Positions 1 to 13,205 of a stretch of 64,000 bases of DNA are shown in pieces (the first letter of the stretch is position 1; each line of letters starts with the position of its first letter). The translations under genes and the position numbers were made by a program. The DNA is from Catajapyx aquilonaris (Eukaryota): assembly GCA_000934665.2 (NCBI GenBank), contig KZ538012.1, positions 62,001 to 126,000 on the forward strand, in the 5' to 3' direction. The notes beneath the pieces were generated by a model, which was not told the origin of the DNA, did not search any database, and saw only the letters and a program-made list of their open reading frames with translations.

Positions 1-27
1 ACCCTTCACCTTGTTACAATGCTGGTA

Positions 28-291
28 CAGTGTTGGACATTAATCGTGACATACTGCTAGCGACATTTTCTGATGCGGCAGAAGTGCAAATCGAAGTGAT
101 AGAGTGTGAGCCGTGCGAGTAAGAAGAGGTAGGCCTTGAGTGACGTCACGTGCTGGGGGGCAATGGAGAAAAGGCTTGTCCCCCAGCCAGTGACGTCACC
201 CAACGACTACCATTTCTTACTCGCACGACTCGCACTTCGATTTGTACGTCTTCCGCATAAGAAAATGTCGCTAGCAATATGTCCAGTACTG
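28..291. mobile_element. Tc1/mariner-type MITE, family A copy 1
   Basis: TA|CAGTGTTGGACA...TGTCCAGTACTG|TA with long imperfect arms; second copy near 28.9 kb. Confidence 0.8.
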
Positions 292-2071
292 TACAGAAGT
301 TGTATAGCGTCAAGATTGTCCGAAACTTAGGTGGTAATTATCGAGACTGCTACCATAATTAATCATACAGAAAATATATGGCGTGGTTACTGATACCATG
401 CATTTTTGAATATTCGGAAACCATTTCCGTTTCCGAGTTTTATTCCTTTCTATGAACTTTCTCTAACCAAACTAATGATCACGTGTTAATGGAATGATCA
501 CCACCACTGATTTCTCCACCAATATCTGAATATCAAATGCGATTCTGCTGAACTAGAGACAATATGTATACACACAGTTGATACTGTAAGAACAATCTGC
601 GCCACCACAGAAAGTTTGCGTGAGGAACATGTGCAAAAAATCTCAGGCTGCTAAGGGATCCAGCACTTTGGACACGCACTTTACAGGGCGGGCCACCCCA
701 TCCCCACCACTTCAACCACCCAGCACAGCACGATACGAAACGTCCACACTATAATTCCTCGCTCGATGCCGATTTTCTTCCCGGAAAACACCTTTATTTT
801 CTCTAGGATGACAGGATCTGCATTATATTCAGGTTCTGACCTTTCATGAAACCAGTTTCAGGGACACGTCTCCAAAGAAATGTTCGGTTGGTAAGTGCTT
901 TGTAAAGAGTATAGGTATTGTCGGCTCGTATTTGCTCGTACGTGACAGGTTTATCGGTCCAAGAAAATATACTTTTATACGAAGAATGGTAAAAATCAAT
1001 GTTATGCATCCCAAAGGGACCATCTCTTTGTATGTGACGTTACAGTTATTTTTCAGTCTAGACCTTATGCTGTACAATATTGGGTACTAGATGCAAGTAA
1101 TGTTTTAGAAAATAATGTAACATTTTATGTAGGAAACAGAAAAATGGAGGAAGAATGGTACATCTCACAGGAGACGGGAGGCACTTCCTCTTACGTTATA
1201 CGCTCAACCTGGCACTGTTTTCTCTAGAGTCCAGACGAATCCGGCCTTCCAAGTCAGAAGTTCTCACTTGGCCTATAGTAAAGCTACCCCAGTCGTTTAA
1301 AGTCTCAGAAACAGATTCGGAATAATACAGAAGAAGAAGTGTTCTCTGATTTATGTTCCTGTGCAAATGTAAGACAAAATTCTCCTAGTTGGTGTTGGAT
1401 ATTTTGGCTACATTAGGGAAATAATAGCTTCTTCATTTTTGTTTTGTTGCCCATGTGAATAATTGAGAATATCCTGTTGTGGTACCTAGATTCCATCCAT
1501 GGGTTTAAAAATCTTGGTATGGGATGATATTTCATAGAACATCAATTCGATAATCTATAGGTGACCTGTGTTTTTATTCGGAATATGGAAATCCTTTATT
1601 TTCGACATCCAATTGGTTTCTGTATTTATTGCTGGCTTTGTAGCATTCGTGTAGTCACATGAATCTCTACCCTAGTGCAAAATCCTTGAAATGGTCCCAC
1701 TATGTCATTGATATATTGCAGTGTCCTTTGTGACGGATCAACCGGAAGATTATAAGATTTAGGCAGTAAAATAAATTGCACAGCACAAGAGTTCCTATAC
1801 CCCTATCGCTGTGGCCATATAAGCCAGTCTTATATCAATCCGAACTGATCGTTTTGAAGGCTGACATAAGAGATCAGAAAATATTGCATTTCAACATCGC
1901 TTTATAATAATATTAGCTAGCTCTTCTCCTTTCATCCCTCCATCTCTCCGATACTAACTGGTTTCGTATTATGCGTTTTATATAACTGAAGCTGCATCTG
2001 CATATGGCACAAAAATGAGGTTATTGGGTCCTTGACTCAATCTTGGATCATCTTATACCTTATACCTTATA

Positions 2072-2110
2072 CGAAAAATCCATCCTATAAGGTATAGGAT
2101 GGATTTTTCG
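2072..2110. repeat. Perfect 18-bp hairpin with 3-nt loop
   Basis: CGAAAAATCCATCCTATA-agg-TATAGGATGGATTTTTCG, preceded by CTTATAC repeats. Confidence 0.9.
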
Positions 2111-3388
2111 CATCGTATATAGGGACGAGTTTGGATAGGCTTTTGATAGAGATTTCCTTGCTTTTCATATGATTCTTCCTCCTACACAAAAATCCCAGTA
2201 CGAGTAACATAAACCTTATGGCAACAGAGAAGGTTGAAAGCAAAACAAATATCCAAATGATGAATGTGATCAATACCTTCTCAGTTTATAATCAGCATTA
2301 TCATTAGAATCTAGACGTGTATAGGGTTGCACTGAGAAGATGAATATTTGAAAGAGGAAAAGAGCTCTCATTTTCCACTCAAACTCGATTGCCTCATCTT
2401 GCTTAGGATGGAAGGTCAAAGAGTAAAGAAACTCGATATCAAAAGGGATTCGGTGTTTGTGTAGGCGTCCGTATTATAGGCAACCCGATAAAACTAGGTA
2501 GATTAGGGAGCAAATGGAGACTGTATTTCCGTTTCCATTAAACGATGAGTTTAAGCTTTTGAGTCTCCATCTTGGTGGGGGGGGGGGGAGGTGAGTGGAG
2601 GGGNACTTGATCGAAGCAATCCCGTGCGTCGCCGCATTTTCTGTACGATCCGCTTTCGCTCAATTAGAGTAAAGTATGCTCGTGGGCTAATGGGCCAAAC
2701 GATCCATCCTGGCCCGTTTCGTCATTTGCTCAAGTCGAGGATGCTGCCAGATAATGAGACTCAATCATCTGCTGCCGCCTATATAGCCCTTGCGCGCTCT
2801 CCTGCGCCATTTCGCATCTTGGCGCGCTCATTTGCCCCCTACATCCATTTCCATTCCTCGCGTGTCCCTTAGAATGGGAACGAACGGGCTATCCAGAAAA
2901 ACGAAGTACAACCTTCAAACTTTATACACTAGCCTTCTTTCTAAGTGCAATTTAAGTGTAGATGCGAGTGAAGGAGCTCGTTTTGTGTAAACGAGACATG
3001 ATTCCACGAAGGAGGCTAATGAGCTGAGGTGGACAAAAAATATATACAGCTCTTTGAAATATTGCCAGTTTAGCTGGATAAGCACAAGAGTTTTCTGTGT
3101 ACTACTCTATAGCTATGAGGAAATGTCAGGCAATGAAAGTTACTATATTACTAGCACCAGCGTAACCCTATAACTGTCTTGGGTGTCCAGCAGCGGATAC
3201 AGGATGTAGTGAAAATAAAGCAAGTCGATGCAGAACCAAAAAGCGAGGTGGTCACATTAGATGCTGATGACAGACATTCCTAGAGCGTTGTCAGACGCAG
3301 ATAATGTAGAAAATTATTGTTACCTGTTACCTCGCCGTATAAGTTGGTCCCAAATACCGCAACTATCCTATGATTGTGCTGCTGTTGC

Positions 3389-3545
3389 CAAGGGGTTAAC
3401 CACTCGACTGTAAAGTGTACACTGGAGCACCAAATTCAAGCAGTAGCCTACCAAGGAGTACCAAAGAGTAAGGTACCTAAGGAGTACCAGGGAGTACCAC
3501 TGCAAGGTGTACACCGGAGTACCGAAGGTAGTGGTTAACCCCTTG
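3389..3545. mobile_element. MITE with 16-bp TIRs and 8-bp TSD (hAT- or P-like)
   Basis: GCTGTTGC|CAAGGGGTTAACCACT...AGTGGTTAACCCCTTG|GCTGTTGC; internal GGAGTACC repeats. Confidence 0.88.
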
Positions 3546-6500
3546 GCTGTTGCTATATAAGCGCAAATGAGATTTTGATCACGTATGTATTACAAATGTA
3601 TTACATAAACTTGGACGGATGTGTTGACTGTATACATATTATTACCACAAGTTTGTAGAGTACAGTACACCAGCACTAAGGCATATACGGTGCAGAGTTA
3701 TACTGTAACTGCAGCATTTAGCAAAGGGCAAATCGCATTTTACGAGCCAGCCAACTGCATTAGGTTTTAACGAAGCGTTTTATGAACATCGGATTTTGCC
3801 ACTTGCTTGCAACATAGTTTGCTGCACACTGAGTAGTGCACATCATATTCATGCAAATACGCAGTTGTGTTTTTATCAGAATCAGCACCGACTGAAGTAC
3901 ATATTTTGAAACCCTGATACAAATTTAAATAAATTGTTGGATTAGTGGAGCCCTACATAATGATAAACTGCCAGTTATTATACCATAGGGAGGGCATTGG
4001 GTGAAATGGAGCAATTCCGTACACTAACTTGTTTTTTTTTTGTTATAAATGAACTTTCAGTAGTCATTGCCGGACAAGTATTGGCTTTTTCTTTTCCAGG
4101 GAAAAATCCGTACATCCCCGTAGTTTACAGCCAATGGTAGGTAGCAGCATTAATGGTAAAAAGTACAACAGCCACATATTATCTGCTACCATAATCGCAT
4201 ATCCTTGCACAACCAAAGGCGTTTCACACGCAGTTAAACTCGAGATAATTTGAAATCTTCTCTCTCCATGCTTCCTCTCTCAGGGGGTAATAAATTGAAA
4301 CCATATTGTATACCTTTCTTACGGCGTTTATGGCAGGAAGATCTGAGGCAACATGTCGTGCCAACCTGACTGCTGGCGGCCATTTTAAAACAGAAATTCA
4401 CTTAGGCCGTGTACAAAATAGCTCCATCCTACATGATATAGCCTACTGTATCAATTGTCAGTAAAATTGAGCGCATGGTTTAACCAATATACTGCATATA
4501 AATAACATCAATTCGAGAAGTATTATGTTCACTTTCATTTAAAGTTGTAAAGTATATATTTCACATTTTCCACAACTTTTTAAAGCATTTTTTAAAGTTT
4601 AAATATAATATATGCAGAATATAAAGCTGTTGGAGGCTGCAGCACAAATCGACTTCAGTTAAGTGAAACGGTAGACGTCCTAACATGGCAAGGACTAATG
4701 GCAGGGAGGGAGAGTTGAGTCGATAGCATATCAGGAGGTCGTCGCGACGACGGCCTTATTCATCTGTCACTAGTTACCGACGTGACGGTCCACGATGTCC
4801 TCAACCTACTTTTCTCCAAACTTCCTTTGCTAGATTTTACAGTACCGGCACTTCCTCTCTAAATTAATCACACTCACATTATGCCCCGAATAAAAGGCAG
4901 TGGAGTAAGCCTTGAAGCTCTATAGTCTAAGAAGTGTCCCTTTCGTACTGTTATTTACAACTACCGGTGCACATTGTTGTGACATTTTAAATATTCATGA
5001 GGTAAAATCATCGACATTATTTTTAGGCATTCTTTTTATAGGTTTCACAAAAGTGGACAACATACAGTAATAGCTGGATTTAAAATAATAATGCAGTACA
5101 TCTAGCTTCACTTTCTAGTTTAATTGTTGCTGTTAATATTTGGCCTTAATAACTTGATCAACTTGCAAATATTCGGTTGTTATAAGTCACAAGCTGTGAC
5201 TTTTGTGATAACAGTGCCTTCAAAATCCAAAAAAGTATTTCACATCAGTCCCGGAGGAACAACACTTTGCTCTACGACGTACGTGACATGAAAGGGATAA
5301 TCTGGGCCTAGTGAGAGTCGAAATTCAAATAAGTCCTGCTCAATACAAGCTATACACCAAATCCTGCCACAGCTGAGACAGACCTACGTGCATTTCACAT
5401 AACGTTCTTTTTTTTTTTGGTTATCGGCTAATCATTGTTGTGTTCTTTACATATCAGAATTGAGTTCACATTCATATCGTTGACACCTTTTCCTTCAGCC
5501 AGACTAGAATATGCTATTTTGAACACCACGGAGCAGTGCTAACATGAGAATAAAAGGAAGCAAAATCCCAGGCAAATGCAGTCCAAAACTTTGAACTCTT
5601 CGCAATCAATTGGGATATTGCTGGGCAAAGGAAAACTGACGTGCCAGAGAACTTTTTGTGTTCAAGCCTCAAGTCAATATTATCGGACTTGTGTGGAGAC
5701 CTGGCTTACGGGGGGGGCTTTTCGTAAACAGCAGTTTGTGGCCTAACTTTCGACTTTGTCATGTCCCGCCCAACAAACATCTTTATTTGGCGGAGATTCC
5801 GGTGGTTTATCTTGCTTGTCGTACTAGCTGATTTCTTGTCAGTGAAGTGCCATAGGTGACACACAGTGGCTCGTTATGCATGTCGTTAAATATGATGAAA
5901 GCTTTAAAAGGCCGTTCACGATGTGTGCTACTTTAAAACTCTTATCCTTAATACTACTTATATAAGGTCCTGTTGTGCTTCTGAAGGTAAATTAATTACT
6001 ACATATTTATCCTCGTTATTACTTGTTTACAACAATAATTTGTCTACTCAACATAGTGTACAGTACGTATATGCCTGTCTCAAAACCAAATTTCATATAA
6101 TGTAAATGCTGCGTATATACGTATCGGTAAAAATCTCTTGGATGCTCGTATAGAGTCTCTCCTGTTGCCTCCCCTTCAAGTGTAGCATTGATTTTTCATA
6201 CACCGCTGGAAAGCCTTGTGTAATGGGCTTTCCAATGGTATATATGATACCACGCCAAAAGTGAAGGTGAGTTCACAGGAGCGAGCGTCCGGCAAAATTT
6301 CTACCTACCAGAATGTGAACTCAAAGACTGTATACTATACAAAAATATAGGAATACATTTTTAAAAAGTTACGACAATAAATGATGGCTTCAAATATACA
6401 AAACGTACAAAACAATGTTAGTTGTGGATGTGGTAATATGCAACAAAATCAAAAAGTGCAGTGTGTCCAGTAAACAATTTTGCACCCTCTAAAATCACAT

Positions 6501-9500
6501 TTTGCAAATTTAGTTTCGTTTTCCTGCTGGCTTCTCCTCTCAAATATTTAATAAGTACATTTTGAAACGTTGCAGTGCCTCTAACGGGCAACGAGGCTAG
6601 CGAACCTGTAATCTATTTATCCCCAGCGACATTTACTTTGTCGTCAAGCACGTAAACAGGACTGTTTGTAAACCTGGCTGTAATTGAAATTGAAAAGAAG
6701 TAAGAGGTGGCCGTGAGCAGAGGTTGAGAGAAAATGTTGACAGTCCTGAGCTTAGAAGCTATAGTCACCAGGGAATTCTTGGGTAAATTGACTGGCTGTT
6801 TCCCCGCATGGCAGCAGCACCGGCAGCAATAACATCACGTGCCTTTAATCTGCCTCTGGAATGTTGAACCAGCGACTGGAGAATTCCAGTGTCCTCTGCT
6901 TGCATGCCGTCAGCCCTTCAAAACTTCTCTCGAGGGATAAAATTTCCAGCTTATTCCCGGTTTTTGTTTTAGTCCGACGCCAAGGCTTTGTCACATGGGA
7001 AAAACATCCTGACTTTTCAGACCACCAAGTTCTGCGCTTGTTGTTTGGAATGTGTTTTTAGCACTGTATGCCATTTGTTGTTTAAAATAGGTTACATTTT
7101 AATGACTGAATTTTAAAGCTATTTAGTTGTTAGATAATATACAATACTTGCAGAATATGTTGCACGACCTTGCCGGATCAGGAGTGTATGAATAATGAGA
7201 TTCGTGACTAGAAGTTTGACATTAAATTACAGGGGTAGACCCTGTTTTACAGCCCCACATCCTAACTTTTGTCCTAAACCTCCTGCGGTATGGTTTCAAA
7301 ATAGCATTTCTTTTGTACTGCCCAGTACCCACCGATCTGATTGGTGGAGCCCACTCTCTGCTCCCACCAATCAGGGTGTCTGGTGTAGAGTGGATGGGGG
7401 AGAGCTCGCCTAATCCCATTTTTGAGAAGTTATGCTGACAACGTTTCAAAATGACCTTAAAAATGAAAAAAATGTGAAATTTCGTTTGAAAATAAACTTA
7501 ATGTCGAACCTATTATAATTCGGCCGTGAATGATTTCACTTGCATGGCTTTATACAGGTGCTCTTAAATTTTCTGTTGAAAGTTCCTGATCAGTGTGCGA
7601 TCTAGATGTGTAACACTGGGAGGGTGAAGGCACCAATCAGGACTGTTCATTACCCAACGGAACGACTGTTTTCTCGGCGTTAATATAAATTTAAATTAAG
7701 CCTCTTGTTTGTCACAGAGGCAAGTCGTTAAGCACCAGTTTGTAGGAGGCAAAATTTAAGCCAGTCGACGGGAGATCAACTCCAAATCCGAGTTTATGTC
7801 CGACTAACCCTTTCTGTCGGTCACTGTGCATCATCATGAGGGACAAGTTAGTTTTCCCAGCCAAACGTTGGCAATGGCGACCTCGACCGCATCTCGTTTC
7901 GACTATTTCAATGGGCTTGTCGGGATGTAACCTGCCAGATAAGCCAGCCGTTGATCATGGAAGTTTTAATTCCCGCTATAGCCTGTAGTGTCAGCCAGGC
8001 TTGATTCACGTGCACTCAACGACGATTTGTTCATTATAAAAATTTGCACTCACAACCCGCATGGTAGTTATTATCTTTAAATTGAGTAATACCATACAGG
8101 ATGTACTGCCACTGTACAGTTGGCTACATACATAGCAGTTATATTACTGAAGTGCCCGTAGTGTGGCTATTGATTTTTCTAACTAAAGTTCTTATGTTTG
8201 AGCAGTTATTTTGGAACATGTACTTTAGGTTTGAAAATAATACATGCTAATATTAGGATGAATGGAGAAGTACCATTTTAAATAATTCAGGAGAGTCCAC
8301 ACTGCGAAACACTGACTTCATCAGGTGCCATAGTGGGTCACAATGGGCAATTCTAAATGTACTGAGCTGTGAAATTCATTGCAATTCAGGTCTCCGATTT
8401 AACCTTATCATAGCAGCTACTGTTGGTAGAAACCTCTAAACTAAATTGCTGCTCCCAAAAAAAACTGTTTAATTAATGAGCAGCTTACAGTTAGTTCGAA
8501 AAATCGCAAAGGACTACCGGACAACGCAATCTGTTAATTCGTACATATTATTAGAAGAGGAGAAGAGGGATACGTTTTTACTAACGTTTTAATGCGAGAT
8601 TAAATCAGAACATTTAAGGGCAGACTGTATGGAAAGTAATTAAATACGTCAGAATTTATTTGTATATAACAAACATTCTGAAAGACTCACATTTTTGAGT
8701 TATGAGCTACTCTCATGCGAACTCAAACAGAATAAACACAACACATTTTCCTCACATTCCCACACAATGTCCACCGCTCCTTTCTTCCATACCCCATTGG
8801 TCCATTCAATACGAGAAATGACCAGAGAAGTCTAATCATGTCTCGAACCGAATCACGGACTCCTTTCTTTAATCCCCGCCAACTCGAGTGCTGTACTCCA
8901 TGAACCTCGTCCGCCTTTGTCGAGGCTCTCTCGCCCCAGGGTCGTTCCAAATGCTCCCACACCTCTTTGTTCTTTTAGGGCTGGTCCTCCGAAAATTGAC
9001 GCGGTAAAGTTGAAATATAAAGATGGCGTTCAGATGGATTATGAATTATTATTATTTTAAATAAATGGTTATTATACATTCGCCTGCATCTAGCAGTTGT
9101 GATATTAATAATAATCGGGTCTGGTTATTATGAGCCGAGCCAGTATATGTTGTGCCATCCCATCACTAGAGGGCTGGAGTGGCGCATGCGCGCGGAACTA
9201 GGTGGAGCTAGGGGCGTATGCTCTTTGTATGATTCAGTTGTGTTGTGGCCGGGAAGCAGGCCAGTATAATAAACGGTTGCTTTGTACCCGTTGTATTAAT
9301 GGACCACAACCACAACCCAGAGTGACCATGCGCTAATATGAGGTCAACTCTCACAATGTCCCTTTAGAGTAGGTCTATTGCAGGTATTTTACACTACTGT
9401 AAGTAAGCGCAGCGCACAGTTCTACATTAAAGTGGCTCATTTTCATATGAAGCCGAGTTGTACTGTACTGTACGAATGCAAATGAAGGACAGACTATGAC

Positions 9501-10608
9501 AGAACTGTGAGAATGAACCACAGCTTGGCCTCCTGAAACCGGTATGGTCTTTGATGAATCCGCTTTGCTTTTAGAGATTATACCGAGCGTGATGCAATAT
9601 AGAGCCATTTGATAGGATGCACACGTTCCACCTGGCCAATCATCAGAGCAGCTACATTTTTGCGAATTTGAAAAAGAAAAAAAATACTACTCTTTGATGA
9701 TTTTTTGTTGCATCCGAGCCAGCGCACATGGGCCACCACGGCCATGATACTCAGACTCACGTTCCCAGCAAATACCACAAGTTAACTAACACTGAAGTGC
9801 TCTCTGCTGCAATGTTTTCTGGACTGAAAATTGTGTAGCCAGCGCCCTTGTCGCACCAGCATACTTCCGAGTGCCTCGTTCATGTAAATTGAAGTTATGC
9901 CTCGCACCAAATGGCCCTGAAGGCACCAAATTGTTGTGTATTAGCTGGTCTCGGCCGACTACCAATGAACACCACATTCTAGGTTCAGAATATTACAATT
10001 TTATGGTGGTTCATGTGAGGGCTTACTTGGGCAGCAACATATTAATTATGTACCTGAATAACATGTATGGCGCAAGCGCAAGTGTGGAAGGATATGAATG
10101 GGTTTTTGTGGGGATATTCACTAACGTAGTGCCTCTCAACATCAGAAAATAATAACTCATTCTAAATTTATTATCAGATAATCTGGTTTGTTCTTTGGAC
10201 TTTTCTCATATCGGTAAGCTTGGGAGTGGAAAATGGCCATTTCAAAAATTGTTCACGTCTTTCAAAATTATACATTTCCTTGCTATATTGCAAAGAAAAA
10301 TGAGGATCACGTCCTATCACCTGCGGTGAGGAATTCGAACGTTTGCTGATGAGTTTTGCTTGATGACAAAAGCAAACAAATCCAGATCGCGTCCCGAGCG
10401 TGACGCACAAGGATCGCAATGTGATGGGACTACTGAGCTGCAGGCTCGTGCAGGGTACTAAGCAGGGATTATTTAAGGAATGTCAATATTGGAAGAGGTT
10501 GTTGATTAGGGGTTTTATATTTTATCCAGCAAAAAGAATTGTAGAGGTGCATTTTTTTAGGTGTACGCATTGTATTTTTCAGGAATACTTTACATTATAC
10601 AGTGTGTA

Positions 10609-10753
10609 CAGTCCGTTAAACCAAGGAGTGATCTGACGTCACATTCGGTCCGCCTCCTACCATGTCCTCGATTCGCTCAGCAAGTACACTTCTGCGCATG
10701 CCCAGAAAACACGGCTGGTGTGACGTCAGATCGTTCTTTGGTTTAAAGGACTG
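10609..10753. mobile_element. Tc1/mariner-type MITE with about 35-bp imperfect TIRs
   Basis: TA|CAGTCCGTTAAACCAAGGAGTGATCTGACGTCACA...TGTGACGTCAGATCGTTCTTTGGTTTAAAGGACTG. Confidence 0.75.
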
Positions 10754-13069
10754 CAGCTTGTATAATACTTCTCGGACATACTGTCCGTAACAAATTGGAG
10801 GCAGTAAGTGAAGATAGTAGCCTACTTTTCACTCCCACGTACACTATATTTATACGATTACGTTATTTGATTAATAAATTATTTACTTGCCATTTGATTA
10901 GGATTACTGTAGGCCTTACTCTTGGAATCGATTAGTTTAATGACAGTTGCGTGCGTTGCGGCTCCGAATGCACGTATCATTATTCGCACAGTAGCCAATT
11001 TTCCGGAAGTTTTCTATTCTGATGATTTTTTTTATGGCTGCTTGTCACTGATGTGCCGATGTCATCCGCATGTCACGTTTTCCGATATGATGTGACTGAA
11101 ACCAGCAGTGCCGTGACCTAGCCCGTAATAAGCGCTTAGAAGTTCACGTTATTATTTGGAAAGATGAACATTCTTGCTTTTTTTCAAATTTTAATATGGT
11201 AATATTAGTTACTTAATTTTGACATTATTTTAGTACACTGTTCTCTCTGTGAAAAAAAGTTTTGGCAAAGGTACACTCGCGCTCTACAACCATCAGCAAG
11301 GGGGTGTACTGTACTTCATACATACTGGTACTGTAGACCTGTATACTGTATACGTGTGAATGCATTGCACACTGTTAGCTAAATGTAGCCTATACTATTT
11401 AGTGGAATTAACCATTCTAACTCAGCGTGCAGCGGCTTCTTTTTATTATTTATCTTGTTAATAGAGTGAAGTCAGTAAATAAAGCGAGCCACTGCCAAAC
11501 GACTATGTTTTCAATGAACTAAACCTAACAAGGCAGCAGAAAGTGAATTGTAAACAAGTATTTCATCATAGGAAAAGTTTGTTTCTACTATAGTAGGGTG
11601 TCCTGTGATCACAAACTTATTCCCTGGAAAATAGCACCTTCCACACGTTTCACTCTTGCACGTAAGAGGCACCCGGTGCCTTTAGTTTGCTCTACCAAGC
11701 TCGAATCGGCTCAGATGTTGCTCCGGGGAGGGGGAGTTTGCTGGTGAATTTTATTCCAGTCTAATTTTGTTTGCTAACGACGGCGTTAGACTCAGCGACG
11801 GACTTTCTTAAACTAAAAGTTACCCTGCTACACTTTTTTTTGATGAAGTTCTCCAGTATGGATTCAAATGTAGGCTACTTATTGTAGCACAGCAAGGCGA
11901 AAGAAACATAACTAACAGTTATATACTGTACTCTCAGTACACTTTGGCCACACATCCTGGTGCTATACAATACAACCACATATCTTGCGATATACGATAC
12001 TTAACATCTTATCATTTAAAATGCAGCAATTTTTATTCGGAGAAGATCCTGCCTTGCAGTTCAGTAACTGTTGACTTGATTTCTGTATATCCGGTACTTT
12101 TTTTTGAGGAGGTTGAAATGCAGTGCTAGGAGAAGCAGGCCTGACCTCTTCCTTTCAGAATAATTCATGGGCTCTTGTCCAAAAAGGAAGAGCCCGCTGC
12201 TGCTTATCGAGCGACTGTCTAAAGTCTGTGGAGGTCGTTGCCTTTTTCTGCAATACATGCGACTTCAGCATGCCTCGCCATGTCCATTAGGTTTATGGGA
12301 AGGCCTGCATTGTCTCTGGTCATGAGTGTATATGGTGTAGTCCCCGCTGATGTTTTCTCGGGTCCTAGGTCATTAGTTATATTTGGAACTCAACATGATT
12401 AAGGTGGTGCTTTCTCTTATCTAGGGATAGGATAGCAATTCATATTATACCCTGTTTCTATCTTCATGCTATAGACCATTTGTTGTGACTAGCAAAAAAT
12501 TGGTAATAAGGTTCTGACTTCTGATAAATGGTCAGAAATATCAGTTCCCAGACTCCGACGCCTACTTGGCCATGTCAGTTGCCAGGTCGGCAGAAAACAC
12601 TCCGTGGTGTTGCCGCCTCGAGAGCATCTTCCAATATTTTACCAGACTACGTCAGATTGTTGAAATTAAGGTCCATGTACATCATAATGGATTTTGGAAC
12701 ACAGATCAGGATTAACATCGAGTTGAGGGGGGGGGGGGGGGTTAACCCCCTAATTGTATACCCTACATAACGAGTTCAATCCCGTGTCGTGAGGTCGAGT
12801 TGGATTCGCAGTTGGGGTGCAGGGTTGACTCTGCCAGCCCATTATGACTGTGAGGATTACTGATCCCCCTGTACTGTACATGTCATATGTTCGTGCGTAA
12901 TGTTACTTCGAAGTACATCACATTATTTCGACGACTTATGTAGACAATAAAATTTCCACGTGTATACTCATGTAATTCAAGTACAGTTCTAAAGTATACA
13001 CACACATTTTAACATCCAATACAATACCGGCATACTTCAGGGGAGGTTTTCATGTTTTATTGGGCCTAA

Positions 13070-13205
13070 CCCTGTAATGCCCCTTGGGTCATATCTGGCA
13101 CACCATTTAGTGCAATTTGGCACTTACAGGAAATATAAAAATTTCAAAAATTTCAAAAATTGCACTAAACCATGTGCCAGATATGACCCAGTGGGCATTA
13201 CAGGG
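13070..13205. mobile_element. piggyBac-like MITE
   Basis: CCCTGTAATGCCC...GGGCATTACAGGG termini, about 45-bp arms, degenerate TTAA flanks. Confidence 0.7.

Noticed and set aside
8723..8990. Tc1 transposase C-terminus-like peptide (EVWEHLER)
   Set aside because: No clear SPDLNPIE motif or TIRs; resemblance too weak.
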